Positions 9,431 to 20,483 of a stretch of DNA of 64,000 nucleotides are shown in pieces. A model generated the notes under the pieces. The model saw nothing but the letters and a program-made list of their open reading frames with translations, did no database searches and was not told the DNA's origin. Every line of letters starts with the position of its first letter. Positions within the stretch are counted from its first letter, which is position 1. Source of the stretch: Bacteroidales bacterium UBA6680 (GTDB lineage: Bacteria; Bacteroidota; Bacteroidia; Bacteroidales; UBA6680); NCBI GenBank assembly GCA_002454955.1, contig DKJY01000005.1, positions 3,784 to 67,783 on the forward strand, written 5' to 3'. The position numbers were made by a program, and so were the translations under genes.

Positions 9431-10454
9431 TACTATTTTAAAAGGAAAAAAAATACTTATTACAGGGGGTGCTGGTTTCATTGGTTCAAACCTATGCGAA
9501 TCACTTCTTAACCAAGGTAATAATATCACATGTCTGGATAATTTATCAACAGGTTTCCTAAAAAATATTGAACACCTGATTGAAAAAGATAATTTCAAAT
9601 TTATAGAAGGAGATATAAGGAATTATGATGATTGTCTGAGTGCAGTAGATGGTGTTGATATAGTTCTTCATCAGGCAGCTTTAGGTTCTGTACCAAGATC
9701 TATAAAAGATCCGATAACATCTATTGATGTCAACATTGGGGGATTTGCAAGAATACTATTTGCCGCAAAAGAGGCTGGAGTAAAGAGATTTGTTTATGCT
9801 GCAAGTTCTTCAACATATGGCGATTCAAAAAATCTTCCAAAGGTTGAGCACATAATAGGGAATCCTCTATCTCCATATGCTATAACAAAATATACTGATG
9901 AACAAATTGCACGAAATTTTTCAGATATATATGGTATAGAAACAATAGGTCTTAGATATTTTAACGTATTCGGTCGCAGACAAGATCCAAATGGGGCATA
10001 CGCTGCTGTTATTCCAAAATGGGTTAACCAACTAATAAACCACAAACAACCTGTTATAAACGGTAACGGATCATATTCAAGAGATTTCACCTATATAGAT
10101 AATGTAATTCAGGCAAATCAATTGGCTGCAAGTGTTCCATTTAAAGATATAGTAAAACTATCTGAAAACAATAATATTGTTCAGGATAGCAATAACAGTT
10201 CAGTTTTTAATATTGCATATGGAGGAAATACAACTCTGAATCAGTTAATAGAGATCTTAAAGAATAATCTTTCACAGTTTGATAATTACATTGCTGATAT
10301 TGAACCTATTTATGGAGATATCAGAGCCGGAGATATTCCTCACTCTTGTGCATCAATAGATAAAGCAAAATTATTATTAGGATATGATCCTGAATTTGAT
10401 GTAAACAGAGGTTTATCTGAATGTTGTAAATGGTATTATGATAACCTGAAGTAA
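9420..10454 (+). CDS. UDP-GlcNAc(A) 4-epimerase (WbpP/TviC-like extended SDR)
   Basis: TGGAGFIGS, HQAALGSVPRS, YAASSSTYGD, SPYAITK, YAAVIPKW; start taken at the ATG at 9420. Confidence 0.9.
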   Translation: MSDNTILKGKKILITGGAGFIGSNLCESLLNQGNNITCLDNLSTGFLKNIEHLIEKDNFKFIEGDIRNYDDCLSAVDGVDIVLHQAALGSVPRSIKDPITSIDVNIGGFARILFAAKEAGVKRFVYAASSSTYGDSKNLPKVEHIIGNPLSPYAITKYTDEQIARNFSDIYGIETIGLRYFNVFGRRQDPNGAYAAVIPKWVNQLINHKQPVINGNGSYSRDFTYIDNVIQANQLAASVPFKDIVKLSENNNIVQDSNNSSVFNIAYGGNTTLNQLIEILKNNLSQFDNYIADIEPIYGDIRAGDIPHSCASIDKAKLLLGYDPEFDVNRGLSECCKWYYDNLK

Positions 10455-10474
10455 AAAGCAAAGATTATATATTA

Positions 10475-11980
10475 ATGGGAATTATTAAAAAAGCATTTCT
10501 GAACTCATTTGCCAACTTTTTTGATCTATTTATAAGACAGTTGATGACATTTATCATCAATCCATTTATAATAGGTAATCTTGGTGCTGATATATATGGT
10601 ATATGGAAGATGATTGGTCAAACAACAAACTACAGTAATCTTGCTGATATTCAAACCAATCAAACACTAATGTGGACTATATCAAAAGAGCGGGAAGTAT
10701 TGCCTGAAGATGAAATGAGAAGGAAGTTTTCCAGTGGTTTTTTTGTTTCTATTGCTATATTGCCTGTTTACATTATTGTTGGAGCAATTATTACGTATTT
10801 TATACCCGATATTGTTAAGGTTACAGATGAGTTTGTTTTTATTGTAAGAGCAACAACATCTATAGTCATACTAAACTTTATCCTTAATAAGATATTTACT
10901 CTGTTTGATTCCGTATTAAAAGGAATGAATCTGGGATATAAAAGGTTAGGATTAAAGGCTGGTATATCTCTAATAAATACAGGGTTAATATATATTGCCC
11001 TTAAGCAAGGCACAGGTATGGTTGGGTTAGCAATATCAAATACAATTACTATTGCTCTTACGGTTATTACTATTTTGTTTATAATAAAAAAGAATGTCTC
11101 TTGGTTTGGTATTACAAAACCTAGCTTAAGTGATATGAAAGAATATTTTACACTCACAGTTTCATTCTTTCTTCTTTCAATTTTTAAACTTATAGTAACA
11201 AGTTCAGATCTTATTATTATTGGTTTCTTCCTTGAGCCGAAAATTGTTACAATATATGTAACTACAAGGTTTATGTGCAACTTTGTTAAGTCAGTTGTTA
11301 ACACTTTAATTCAGGGTTCAAAGCCAAGCTTTAGTGGTTATATAGGACAAAAGAAATTTGATACAGCAGCCAAAATACGAGAACAAATTTTTGACTTAAT
11401 GTGGATTATCTCATTATCAATGGCTCTGGCTATATTAATAGTTAATAAATCATTTGTTGGGATATGGGTATCCTCTGATCTGTTTGCCGGAGATTTAGAT
11501 AATATATTAATTGTATTAAGTTTCATATTCTCTATATTCCTATATAATGACGAAGGATATATTAAGTCTTCATTGAATCTTAAATCATTAAAACGTTGGA
11601 TTGCATATACTAGCGGAATATCATTATTAACTTCTATTATATTAATACAATTTTATGGACTTGCAGGATTCCTTATAGGTCAGATTCTTGGACATTTAAT
11701 TTTGTTATATGCATATCCTAAAATACTTATTAGCATATTTGGCAAGCTATTCAGATTAGGTATTTCAAAATACCTTAGAGTAATTATTTCCTTGGTATTA
11801 GTAGTAGTTATAACTATATTACTACCACCTATATCGTTAGATTCATATATAGAAATAATTTTAGCTGTATCTGCATGCTTTACATTATCAGGATTGCTAG
11901 TTTTTCTTATTTTTCTTAAAAAACAAGAGAGAGCGAATATCATTCAGTTAGTAACAAAACTAAAAAAACAGTTCTTATGA
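10475..11980 (+). CDS. wzx: Oligosaccharide flippase (Wzx-like)
   Basis: Many TM segments, LG...YGIW N-terminal pattern, position in the capsule locus. Confidence 0.8.
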   Translation: MGIIKKAFLNSFANFFDLFIRQLMTFIINPFIIGNLGADIYGIWKMIGQTTNYSNLADIQTNQTLMWTISKEREVLPEDEMRRKFSSGFFVSIAILPVYIIVGAIITYFIPDIVKVTDEFVFIVRATTSIVILNFILNKIFTLFDSVLKGMNLGYKRLGLKAGISLINTGLIYIALKQGTGMVGLAISNTITIALTVITILFIIKKNVSWFGITKPSLSDMKEYFTLTVSFFLLSIFKLIVTSSDLIIIGFFLEPKIVTIYVTTRFMCNFVKSVVNTLIQGSKPSFSGYIGQKKFDTAAKIREQIFDLMWIISLSMALAILIVNKSFVGIWVSSDLFAGDLDNILIVLSFIFSIFLYNDEGYIKSSLNLKSLKRWIAYTSGISLLTSIILIQFYGLAGFLIGQILGHLILLYAYPKILISIFGKLFRLGISKYLRVIISLVLVVVITILLPPISLDSYIEIILAVSACFTLSGLLVFLIFLKKQERANIIQLVTKLKKQFL

Positions 11981-13140
11981 AATATTTTTTATTGCCTACA
12001 GCAGGATACTCAAATAAAGGGGATAGCCTTATGATTGAGGGCGTATTAGATAGAATTAAAGAATACAATAATAATAGTAATGTATCAATACCTATTTTTT
12101 ATAAGTTTCCTAAAAACAAATATTCATTAAGTACTGTTTCATGTGCTCACAAACACCGTAATAACTGGAAACATTTTATTTACAGATCTGTAGGAAACAC
12201 TGTTAATTCATTACTATATATTTTACCAAAAAACTTAAGAAAAAAATTTAAGTTAGTTAGAGTAAAAGATATAGATGTTGTTTTAGATACATCCGGATTT
12301 TATTTAGGAGATCAATGGCCCAATAAGCACATGCTGAAAATGGTTGATTCTTATAAAAAGTACAAGAAACACGGAGCTAAGATAATACTTATGCCAAAAG
12401 CTTTCGGTCCAATAAATAAAGAGGGAACAATTGCTCTAGCAAAAGGATTATTTTCTATTGCTGATGTTATTTATGCTCGTGATAAATTTTCTTTATCAGA
12501 ACTTGAAAAACATGGAATTAAAGGGGATAAAATAAAACTATGTCCGGATTATTCATCGGTTGTTAAACCCCAAAAAGACAGCAATCAAGAAAAATATAAA
12601 GGGATGGTTTGCTTGATACCAAATTTCAGGTTTATTGATAAAAGTAATATTACTTCAGACTATTATATTAACTCATTTGTAAAAATAATAAATAACCTTA
12701 GAGAGAGAGGGTTGGAATCATATTTTGTTATACATTCAATGATATATGACGTTGACATTGCTCACAAAGTTAATGACCAACTTGATACGAAAGTAGATAT
12801 AATAGAAGAGCCAGATCCTAAAAAACTAAAAGGGTACATTGGTCAGGCTCTATTCTCTATAAGTTCCAGATATCACGGTATTATGAATTCTCTATCACAA
12901 AATGTACCATCTATAGGAACATCATGGAATCATAAATATGTTGAACTATATAAAGAATATGGTATAATTGATCTGTTAGTAACAGAATTCAGCTATGAAG
13001 ATATTTTGTCTAAAATAGACTATCTACTGTCTGATAATAAAATTAATATAGCCATAGACAGTATTAAAGACAGAAACATTACCGTACACGAAGTTGTTGA
13101 GAACATGTGGTCCAATGTTTTTGATATTATTGATAAATAA
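11977..13140 (+). CDS. Polysaccharide pyruvyl transferase (WcaK-like)
   Basis: NKGDSLM, YARD..S, ISSRYHG motifs. Confidence 0.85.
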   Translation: MKYFLLPTAGYSNKGDSLMIEGVLDRIKEYNNNSNVSIPIFYKFPKNKYSLSTVSCAHKHRNNWKHFIYRSVGNTVNSLLYILPKNLRKKFKLVRVKDIDVVLDTSGFYLGDQWPNKHMLKMVDSYKKYKKHGAKIILMPKAFGPINKEGTIALAKGLFSIADVIYARDKFSLSELEKHGIKGDKIKLCPDYSSVVKPQKDSNQEKYKGMVCLIPNFRFIDKSNITSDYYINSFVKIINNLRERGLESYFVIHSMIYDVDIAHKVNDQLDTKVDIIEEPDPKKLKGYIGQALFSISSRYHGIMNSLSQNVPSIGTSWNHKYVELYKEYGIIDLLVTEFSYEDILSKIDYLLSDNKINIAIDSIKDRNITVHEVVENMWSNVFDIIDK

Positions 13141-13187
13141 ACAGGTATATATCTTAATTGAGTGTTAAATTACAAAGTACTTAAAGT

Positions 13188-14273
13188 ATGAAAATTGCTT
13201 TCTATATACCTAAATTAGGTGCAGGTGGAGCTGAGAGAGTTTTTATTAACTTATGCAACAGCTATATTGACGAGAATAAAATATGGCTCATTGTTGATAG
13301 TAAAAGTAACTTCTTCTATTCTGATTTAGATGATAGAGTAAACATTATTGAGATTGGTAATGGAAATATCTTTAATAAGATAATCCGATTCAAAAAGGCA
13401 ATAAAAAGGATTAATCCAAACTCTGTTATTTCAACGCTATATTTACCTAATATTATTAATGCTATTGTAGGAAAAATATTATACAGAAAATACAAAGTTA
13501 TTCTACGACAAGCCGCACCATTAATATATAAAAATAAAAAATCAATAAAATCTAAAGTAAGTGATTATATACTAAAACTATCTTTTTCTTATGCAGATAC
13601 TGTAATTGCTAATTCTGAAGGAACAAAAACCTCTTTAGTTGAAAATGGGATTATTAAAAACAGGCAAACAAACATAAAAGTTATTTATAACCCAATAATA
13701 TCTGAAAAGATATACCAGAAAGCAGAAGAGAGTTTTGTAGACAATGAAATACTAAAAAATCCTTATATACTTAGTGTTGGCAGATTAGAGGCTTCAAAAA
13801 ATATAGAACATTTAATAAAATCGTTTGGCTTAGTTGTTAATGATATAGACCATAATCTTATAATAATTGGAGAGGGAAGCCATAAGGATAAGTTAAAGAA
13901 ACTTGTTAAACAACTAAACATAGAAGACAGAGTAATATTTAAGGGGTTAGTAGAAAATCCATTTAAATACTATAAAAATGCTAAACTGTTTGTCCTTACA
14001 TCAATTAAAGAAGGCTTTGGAAATGTTCTTGTTGAAGCTATGGCATTTGGGTTACCAATTATATCAACAAATTGTATTGGTGCACCAAATGAGATATTAG
14101 GAAACGGGCGTTATGGTCATATTATAGAGGTAAATAATGTAGAACAGTTAAGCAGTGCAATAATAAGAAGCATTTCTGAAGACAGATTTGATAAATCGGA
14201 TCAAATAAAGAAGAGAGCAGAAGATTTTTCTATTGATTTAATTGCTGACAAATACTTTAATAGCATTGTATAA
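13188..14273 (+). CDS. Glycosyltransferase, GT4 family
   Basis: GGAERV, SVGRL..SKN, EGFGNVLVEAM. Confidence 0.92.
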   Translation: MKIAFYIPKLGAGGAERVFINLCNSYIDENKIWLIVDSKSNFFYSDLDDRVNIIEIGNGNIFNKIIRFKKAIKRINPNSVISTLYLPNIINAIVGKILYRKYKVILRQAAPLIYKNKKSIKSKVSDYILKLSFSYADTVIANSEGTKTSLVENGIIKNRQTNIKVIYNPIISEKIYQKAEESFVDNEILKNPYILSVGRLEASKNIEHLIKSFGLVVNDIDHNLIIIGEGSHKDKLKKLVKQLNIEDRVIFKGLVENPFKYYKNAKLFVLTSIKEGFGNVLVEAMAFGLPIISTNCIGAPNEILGNGRYGHIIEVNNVEQLSSAIIRSISEDRFDKSDQIKKRAEDFSIDLIADKYFNSIV

Positions 14274-14300
14274 TAATCCGTTATTATAAACATATTATTA

Positions 14301-15383
14301 ATGAAGAAAAGTGTAATATTTTTAGGTGATGTTGCTTTCAATGGAATATTATCATCTGATAATAAGAATAATGTATCAAGATACAAATCATTAAAAAAAT
14401 ATCTTACCAGCAATGATCTGATTTTTGCAAATTTTGAGGCTCCGGTTATCTCTGATATTAAAGATCTTAATCCGGACAAAAAATTACATCACTATACAGA
14501 TTCAGAAACAGCTAAACAACTTTTAGGACTTCTTAATATAAACTGTGTTTCTTTAGCAAATAATCACATAGCAGATTGTGGTATATCAGGTATAAAAACA
14601 ACTATTAATTTACTTGAGAAAGAAGGAATATATTATACAGGTGCAGGTTATAAAGAGTCACATATTAAACCAGTAATTATTGAACACAATGGTTTAAAGA
14701 TAGCCTTTATTGCATATGTGCATAAATCAACAAACCCTAAAGCCGAAAGGTATAATAACCTCTACATCAATTACTATAATATAAATGACATTATTAATGA
14801 TATTGAATCTGTAAAAAAGGGTGTTGACAAGGTGATTGTAAGTATTCATTGGGGTAAAGATTATTCTTTCTACCCTTCAGATTCACAAATAAACGATTAC
14901 AAATTGTTTATTGATAGGGGTGCAGACATTATAATGGGACACCATTCACACACAATACAACCTTTTGAACATTATAATAATAGTACAATATTTTATAGTT
15001 TAGGCGGTTTAACGTTTGGAGACTACTATTTACCTAACGGTAACCTTCATGCATTATACAAAAAAACTAAAAAAGGAGTTATAACTTCGCTTGATTTAGA
15101 TAGCTATAAATTTGATTTTGTTGGTACTATTGAAAAACAATATAATAATATACATATAAGAAGAAATTGGAACTATTTGAAATGGAATAGTAATAAATGG
15201 AAATCATTTAGATTGATGAAAAAAAATAGTTCTTATAAATCTTTTATTAACTTTAAAGAAACAGTTCTTGACAGGATTACAGAATATTTCTTTGGTTACT
15301 ATCAAAATCCTGTTAAAAGACTATTCCAGATAAAGAATTTTAAAAAGTTAATTTCTCTTATAACAAATACTATAAAGAAGTAA
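14301..15383 (+). CDS. CapA/PgsA-family metallophosphoesterase-fold protein
   Basis: FLGDV, ANFE.P, SLANNH..D.G, VSIHWG, GHHSH, YSLG motifs. Confidence 0.88.
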   Translation: MKKSVIFLGDVAFNGILSSDNKNNVSRYKSLKKYLTSNDLIFANFEAPVISDIKDLNPDKKLHHYTDSETAKQLLGLLNINCVSLANNHIADCGISGIKTTINLLEKEGIYYTGAGYKESHIKPVIIEHNGLKIAFIAYVHKSTNPKAERYNNLYINYYNINDIINDIESVKKGVDKVIVSIHWGKDYSFYPSDSQINDYKLFIDRGADIIMGHHSHTIQPFEHYNNSTIFYSLGGLTFGDYYLPNGNLHALYKKTKKGVITSLDLDSYKFDFVGTIEKQYNNIHIRRNWNYLKWNSNKWKSFRLMKKNSSYKSFINFKETVLDRITEYFFGYYQNPVKRLFQIKNFKKLISLITNTIKK

Positions 15384-15407
15384 TCATATAGTTTAATAAA
15401 AAATGTA

Positions 15408-17144
15408 ATGGTCAAATTTCTACTTTCATCTGAAAACAATAAAGAGTTATCAAGTAAATTCTCCAATTGTTTAAATATTGGCAGTGATCAATACTTATTC
15501 ATCGAAGGAAAGTTTAAAACCTTTGATAATTGTAACATTATTATCGACGGATTTGTTGCTCCAAGAAATCATTGCTACAAAGAGTACAAAACTCTTGATC
15601 AGTACGAATTAATTTATTTTCTCTATAAAAAATACGGTACTGATTTTCCTAAGCATTTAAAAGGCTTCTTTTGTATTGTTGTTTCAGAAAATGACAAGAT
15701 ATGCATTGCAAATGACATACACTCTGTAAAAAGATTCTACACAGCTAATAAAGACGTATATATATCAAACAATATAGAAACACTTAAGATTGTAACCACT
15801 TTAAAACATAACAGTTATAGTCCTGCAATATTTGCTGTGCTTCAACATTTTATAAAAGGAATATCTCTATTTGATAATGTTGAATACAGTATTCCTGCAA
15901 CGCTTACAATTGTTGACAAAGGCAATATAACAAAGACAATATATTGGAATCCTCAGATATTATCTGACTCTAAAAAAGACTTAACTACCCAAGAGGAGTT
16001 TATTAACACTTTTGATATCTCAGTAAAAAATTATTTAGAATATCTTAATCCAACAAATGTCTCTACTACACTAACAGGAGGTAGAGATACAAGAACTGTT
16101 TTATCATCGCTTCTTAATAATGGTATAAAGCCTCACTGTTTCACCTTTGGTTACCCAACAGGAACAGATGTAACTACTGCAAAAAATGTAGCAGATATTT
16201 GTTCCCTTGATTTCTCTAATCATTACATTGAAAACTTAGATTCAAAAAAGTACTCCGAATTAGTTAACAAAATCGTAGATTCTGAGAATCATTTCATTCA
16301 TATTCACAGAGCTCATAGATTAGATGCCATAATAAAAGAGAGTAATTACTTTAACAATGATCTGGATATGGTTTTTGTTGGAGCAATGGGTGGAGATTAC
16401 ATTATGGGCGAAAACTTTAATGATTACATAATTACTGAATTCATCAGAAGGTTTCTTACAGAAGAAATGTCTCAAAAAGAGATAGTAAGTCAAATACTTG
16501 ATAAACACTATATAAAATATGACGACAGTACTATTAATTACATTATCAACTTATTAGAAGAGTTTGGATTAAGGCATAATACTTTTAACAAGAATATTGA
16601 GTTTAACCTTGTTCATAACCTGATAGGATGCACGCATGATATTCAGGATATCAACCTGTTTATGGAACATTCTAAATACGTTATTGCTCCTTTTATGGAT
16701 ATAGATATTATGGAGTCACTTTTCAGTTCTCCATTCTCTCTATTCTCAAATAACAGACATACAAAAAATCCGATAAAGCGATTAAGAGGAGGAGAGTTAC
16801 AATGCAAATTAATAAAAAAGTATTCTCCATTTCTTGCTGATGTTCCGTTTGCAAACAGATATACACCAAATGATGTACTTGGAAACAGAATAAAATATAT
16901 CATAAAGAGAAGTATTATTCAGCTAACATCAGAAAAATCTAAACCAACCTTTAGTTACGATAAATGGTTTATTGAATATGTAAAATCGGAGCTCATTAAC
17001 TTAAATGAGGACATTAAGAGTGAATATGATATTCATAAAATGATTAATGATATTGATACAGATATGCACGCTAACCATGAAGGCTATTGGCATAAATATT
17101 CAAATCCAATAACTCTTTCTAAATACTTACAAAAAACTATTTAA
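15408..17144 (+). CDS. Asparagine synthetase-related amidotransferase/ligase
   Basis: PP-loop-like LTGGRDTR, G..GD, PFMD; the N-terminal glutaminase domain is degenerate (no Cys at position 2). Confidence 0.7.
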   Translation: MVKFLLSSENNKELSSKFSNCLNIGSDQYLFIEGKFKTFDNCNIIIDGFVAPRNHCYKEYKTLDQYELIYFLYKKYGTDFPKHLKGFFCIVVSENDKICIANDIHSVKRFYTANKDVYISNNIETLKIVTTLKHNSYSPAIFAVLQHFIKGISLFDNVEYSIPATLTIVDKGNITKTIYWNPQILSDSKKDLTTQEEFINTFDISVKNYLEYLNPTNVSTTLTGGRDTRTVLSSLLNNGIKPHCFTFGYPTGTDVTTAKNVADICSLDFSNHYIENLDSKKYSELVNKIVDSENHFIHIHRAHRLDAIIKESNYFNNDLDMVFVGAMGGDYIMGENFNDYIITEFIRRFLTEEMSQKEIVSQILDKHYIKYDDSTINYIINLLEEFGLRHNTFNKNIEFNLVHNLIGCTHDIQDINLFMEHSKYVIAPFMDIDIMESLFSSPFSLFSNNRHTKNPIKRLRGGELQCKLIKKYSPFLADVPFANRYTPNDVLGNRIKYIIKRSIIQLTSEKSKPTFSYDKWFIEYVKSELINLNEDIKSEYDIHKMINDIDTDMHANHEGYWHKYSNPITLSKYLQKTI

Positions 17145-17146
17145 TT

Positions 17147-18181
17147 ATGAAATTAGGTATACTTAAAAATGAATTTGATGATAATCATCTGAGTTGGATA
17201 AGTGCTTGCAATAAGTTCAATATTGAATATAAGATTATTGATTTTACATCTAGTAACTGGGTTAAAGAAATAAAATCGGAAGATTATACAGCATTTTTAA
17301 CGTGCCCATCAGCAAGACAAACTTTGTTTAAATCTCTATATGACGAACGTTTACATGTTGTAAATAAAGTAATGAAAAAGTTTGTTTACCCTAGTTATGA
17401 AGAGGTTAGTGTTCACGAAAACAAAAAATATCTTTCGTATTGGTTGTCTGCAAATAACGAACCTCATCCTGATACTAATGTATTTTACTCAAAAGAAGAA
17501 GCTGAAGAGTACATTAATACATCTGAATATCCAATAGTTGCCAAATTTAATATTGGTGCATCGGGAAAAGGGGTTAGAATATTATATAACATAGAAGAGG
17601 CTAAAGAGTACATAAACCAGGCTTTTGGCAGTGGATTAAGACAAAGTTGGGGACCAAACCTGAAAATGGGAGGCTTCAAATCACGTATACTTAAATTATT
17701 AAAAAATCCTGCAAGGATAATAAAGAGAGTTAAAGTATATAGTATGGTATATAATGAAGTTCAAAAAGGTTTTGTAATATTCCAAAAATTTATACCGCAT
17801 AATTACGAGTGGAGAGTTGTAAAAATAGGAGAATCATATTTCGGACACCAAAAAATAAAACAAGGAGAGAAAGCCAGCGGTACAAAAGGTATAGATTATA
17901 ATGAACCTCCTGTAAAGTTATTGAACTTTGTAAAAAATCTTTGCGAAAAACATAATTTCAACTGTATGGCCGTTGATCTTTTTGAAGATGGAAATGGAGG
18001 ATATCTGATAAATGAGTTACAATGTATATTCGGACATGTGCAATCATATATATGCGAAAAAGATGGAAAACCAGGAAGATTTGTTTTCAAAGAAGATAAA
18101 TGGTTGTTTGAAGAGGGTATGTTTAATACAAACTTAAGCTACGATTTAAGAATGGAAAATATTCTTGAAATATTAAAATAG
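17147..18181 (+). CDS. ATP-grasp ligase (RimK-like)
   Basis: YPIVAK..GASGKGV, FQKFIP..YEWRV, AVDLF, LINELQ. Confidence 0.8.
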   Translation: MKLGILKNEFDDNHLSWISACNKFNIEYKIIDFTSSNWVKEIKSEDYTAFLTCPSARQTLFKSLYDERLHVVNKVMKKFVYPSYEEVSVHENKKYLSYWLSANNEPHPDTNVFYSKEEAEEYINTSEYPIVAKFNIGASGKGVRILYNIEEAKEYINQAFGSGLRQSWGPNLKMGGFKSRILKLLKNPARIIKRVKVYSMVYNEVQKGFVIFQKFIPHNYEWRVVKIGESYFGHQKIKQGEKASGTKGIDYNEPPVKLLNFVKNLCEKHNFNCMAVDLFEDGNGGYLINELQCIFGHVQSYICEKDGKPGRFVFKEDKWLFEEGMFNTNLSYDLRMENILEILK

Positions 18182-18191
18182 ATAAAATTTT

Positions 18192-19115
18192 ATGAGAGTA
18201 CTATTTGTTTCAAGTGGTAATAGTAAAAACGGCATATCTCCAATTGTAGATAATCAAAAACAATCTTTGATAAAGAAAGGTATTGATATTGATACTTTTG
18301 TAATTAACGGAGGAGGAATTAAGGGATATTTGAAATCTATTTTCAAATTGAGAAGGTTTATAAGAAATAACAAATATGATATAATTCATGCTCATTACTC
18401 TTTATCAGGCATAGTTACTGCACTCTCCGGACATAAAAATGTTATTGTATCTCTAATGGGTAGTGATGTAAAAGAGAACAAAAAAAACTCTTTAATGAAA
18501 CTATTCTCAAAGCATTTTTGGAAAGGAACAATTGTAAAATCTGAAAGAATGAAGTTACATCTTGGAGTAAGTAAAGTACATATTATTCCGAATGGTGTAG
18601 ACTTTAGTAGATTTTCAGATAAAAATCACACAGAATCATTAAATAAACTTGGATGGGATAAAAGTAAGAAGCATATATTGTTTCCCGCAGATCCAAAACG
18701 TCCTGAAAAAGATTTTAACCTTGCCGAAAAAGTTTTCAAAAATTTAGAATATAATAATTGCGAATTACATACAATTGTAAATATACCAAACCAAGATATG
18801 CCATACTATTACACTGCTGCAGATCTTGTTCTCTTTACCAGTAAAAGAGAAGGTTCTCCAAATGTTATTAAAGAAGCAATGGCATGTTCGTGTCCAATAA
18901 TTACTACTGATGTTGGAGATGTTAGAGACACAATAAAAAACACCAATTATTGCTACATCTGTTCAAGAAATCATTATGAAATAAGAAGTAAAGTAGATTA
19001 TATTATTTCACAAAAAAGAGTAAGAACAAATGGAAATGATAATATAAAACATTTAAATGAAACAGTTATTGCAGATAAAATAATAACCATATATAATAGT
19101 CTATTACAAGAATGA
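18192..19115 (+). CDS. Glycosyltransferase, GT4 family
   Basis: DIIHAHY, IPNGVD, EGSPNVIKEAMA, TDVGDV. Confidence 0.9.
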   Translation: MRVLFVSSGNSKNGISPIVDNQKQSLIKKGIDIDTFVINGGGIKGYLKSIFKLRRFIRNNKYDIIHAHYSLSGIVTALSGHKNVIVSLMGSDVKENKKNSLMKLFSKHFWKGTIVKSERMKLHLGVSKVHIIPNGVDFSRFSDKNHTESLNKLGWDKSKKHILFPADPKRPEKDFNLAEKVFKNLEYNNCELHTIVNIPNQDMPYYYTAADLVLFTSKREGSPNVIKEAMACSCPIITTDVGDVRDTIKNTNYCYICSRNHYEIRSKVDYIISQKRVRTNGNDNIKHLNETVIADKIITIYNSLLQE

Positions 19116-20473
19116 CCGCTAATATCTTTACATATGCATTTAATAAATATATAAAGTATGCTATTATATTAGTGTTTGTGGCTTTATACTTTTCTTTAAA
19201 TAACTACTATGAGTGGAGTTATAGTGTAATTGGTATAAACGCATTAAATCTTGCTTTTTTTACAGGTGTGTTGTACAGCGTTATGTTTAAACCACAATCA
19301 TTCTATAACAGAAAAAGATTAATTGCAATAATATTTTTCTATTCCCTATTCTTTGTAACTATTTATAATACTTTCTTTTATCTGTTCTCAGGAACATTTT
19401 TCAGTACTGCTGCATCTGATTCACTATTCTATCACAACTCAAGCATTAAAATGTCAGAGTTGGGATTATCAGAAGGTATTGATTATTTCTTTATAGAAAA
19501 TACTTTTGAAGATCTTGGTGCTGTATTATATATGAGTACATTATACAGATTAATACCTAATCCTCTAATAATAAACGCCGGAAATATTGTTCTGGGTTTA
19601 ATTATAGCTGCAAATTTGTTTTCTATAGCTTCTAATTTTATGCAAAAAAAATATGCTTTTTTTGCTACACTCTCCTTTTCTGCATCTTCATTCATGGTAT
19701 ACTTTCAATCCACCGGTTTAAAGGAAGTTGTTTTTGTTACACTTATTGTAGTTTGCGTAAACTACTATTATAACTACATGTATAATAAAGGAAAATATAG
19801 CCTATATAAACTATTTGCTTTTGTAGCAATGCTACTTCTTTTCAGACCCGCTGTAATGGGTATGTTATCTCTTGCTATGTTTTCAGGATATATGCTAAGG
19901 AATAAAAACAATAAAAATACCATTATAATTGTTGGTGTAATTATGGTTGTTGCATTAATTGTAATATCACAAATGCAATCTACAGTAGACAGATATCTAC
20001 CAAGCGTAGATACTATTTCTTCAAGAAAGGATTCTTCAATACAAGGTGGGAGTGGTTTTGGTTTCTTTGTATCTGTTTTATCTGCTTTTATAGGACCTTT
20101 TCCTACAATATATCCTATAATATTTAGGGAACAGGTTGCTTTTTACTCAATCGGTCTCATATTCAGATTATTTTTCTCTATATATTTTATATTCAGTTTA
20201 ATATATATATTTATAAATAAAAAAACACAGTTATATGCAATAGCTGCATTTACAATTGTAGAGATGTTATCTTTGGTAATTATATTAGAAGTCTTTGAAC
20301 TAAGACTAAATATGCCACATTATCCATTTATATTCATCTTAACGTTCTATTTTTTAAACGAATTGAACAGTGGAAAAATAAAAAAATATAAAGTTAAAAG
20401 AATAATAAAGTATACACAAATTTGGTTTATTGTTGCTTTTCTATTAGTTATTGGTTGGAATCTTAGATCTTAG
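19112..20473 (+). CDS. Polytopic membrane protein, probable polysaccharide polymerase (Wzy-like)
   Basis: About 11 hydrophobic segments, D...YH and LKE motifs, located in the capsule locus. Confidence 0.6.
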   Translation: MTANIFTYAFNKYIKYAIILVFVALYFSLNNYYEWSYSVIGINALNLAFFTGVLYSVMFKPQSFYNRKRLIAIIFFYSLFFVTIYNTFFYLFSGTFFSTAASDSLFYHNSSIKMSELGLSEGIDYFFIENTFEDLGAVLYMSTLYRLIPNPLIINAGNIVLGLIIAANLFSIASNFMQKKYAFFATLSFSASSFMVYFQSTGLKEVVFVTLIVVCVNYYYNYMYNKGKYSLYKLFAFVAMLLLFRPAVMGMLSLAMFSGYMLRNKNNKNTIIIVGVIMVVALIVISQMQSTVDRYLPSVDTISSRKDSSIQGGSGFGFFVSVLSAFIGPFPTIYPIIFREQVAFYSIGLIFRLFFSIYFIFSLIYIFINKKTQLYAIAAFTIVEMLSLVIILEVFELRLNMPHYPFIFILTFYFLNELNSGKIKKYKVKRIIKYTQIWFIVAFLLVIGWNLRS

Positions 20474-20483
20474 ATAATTTAAC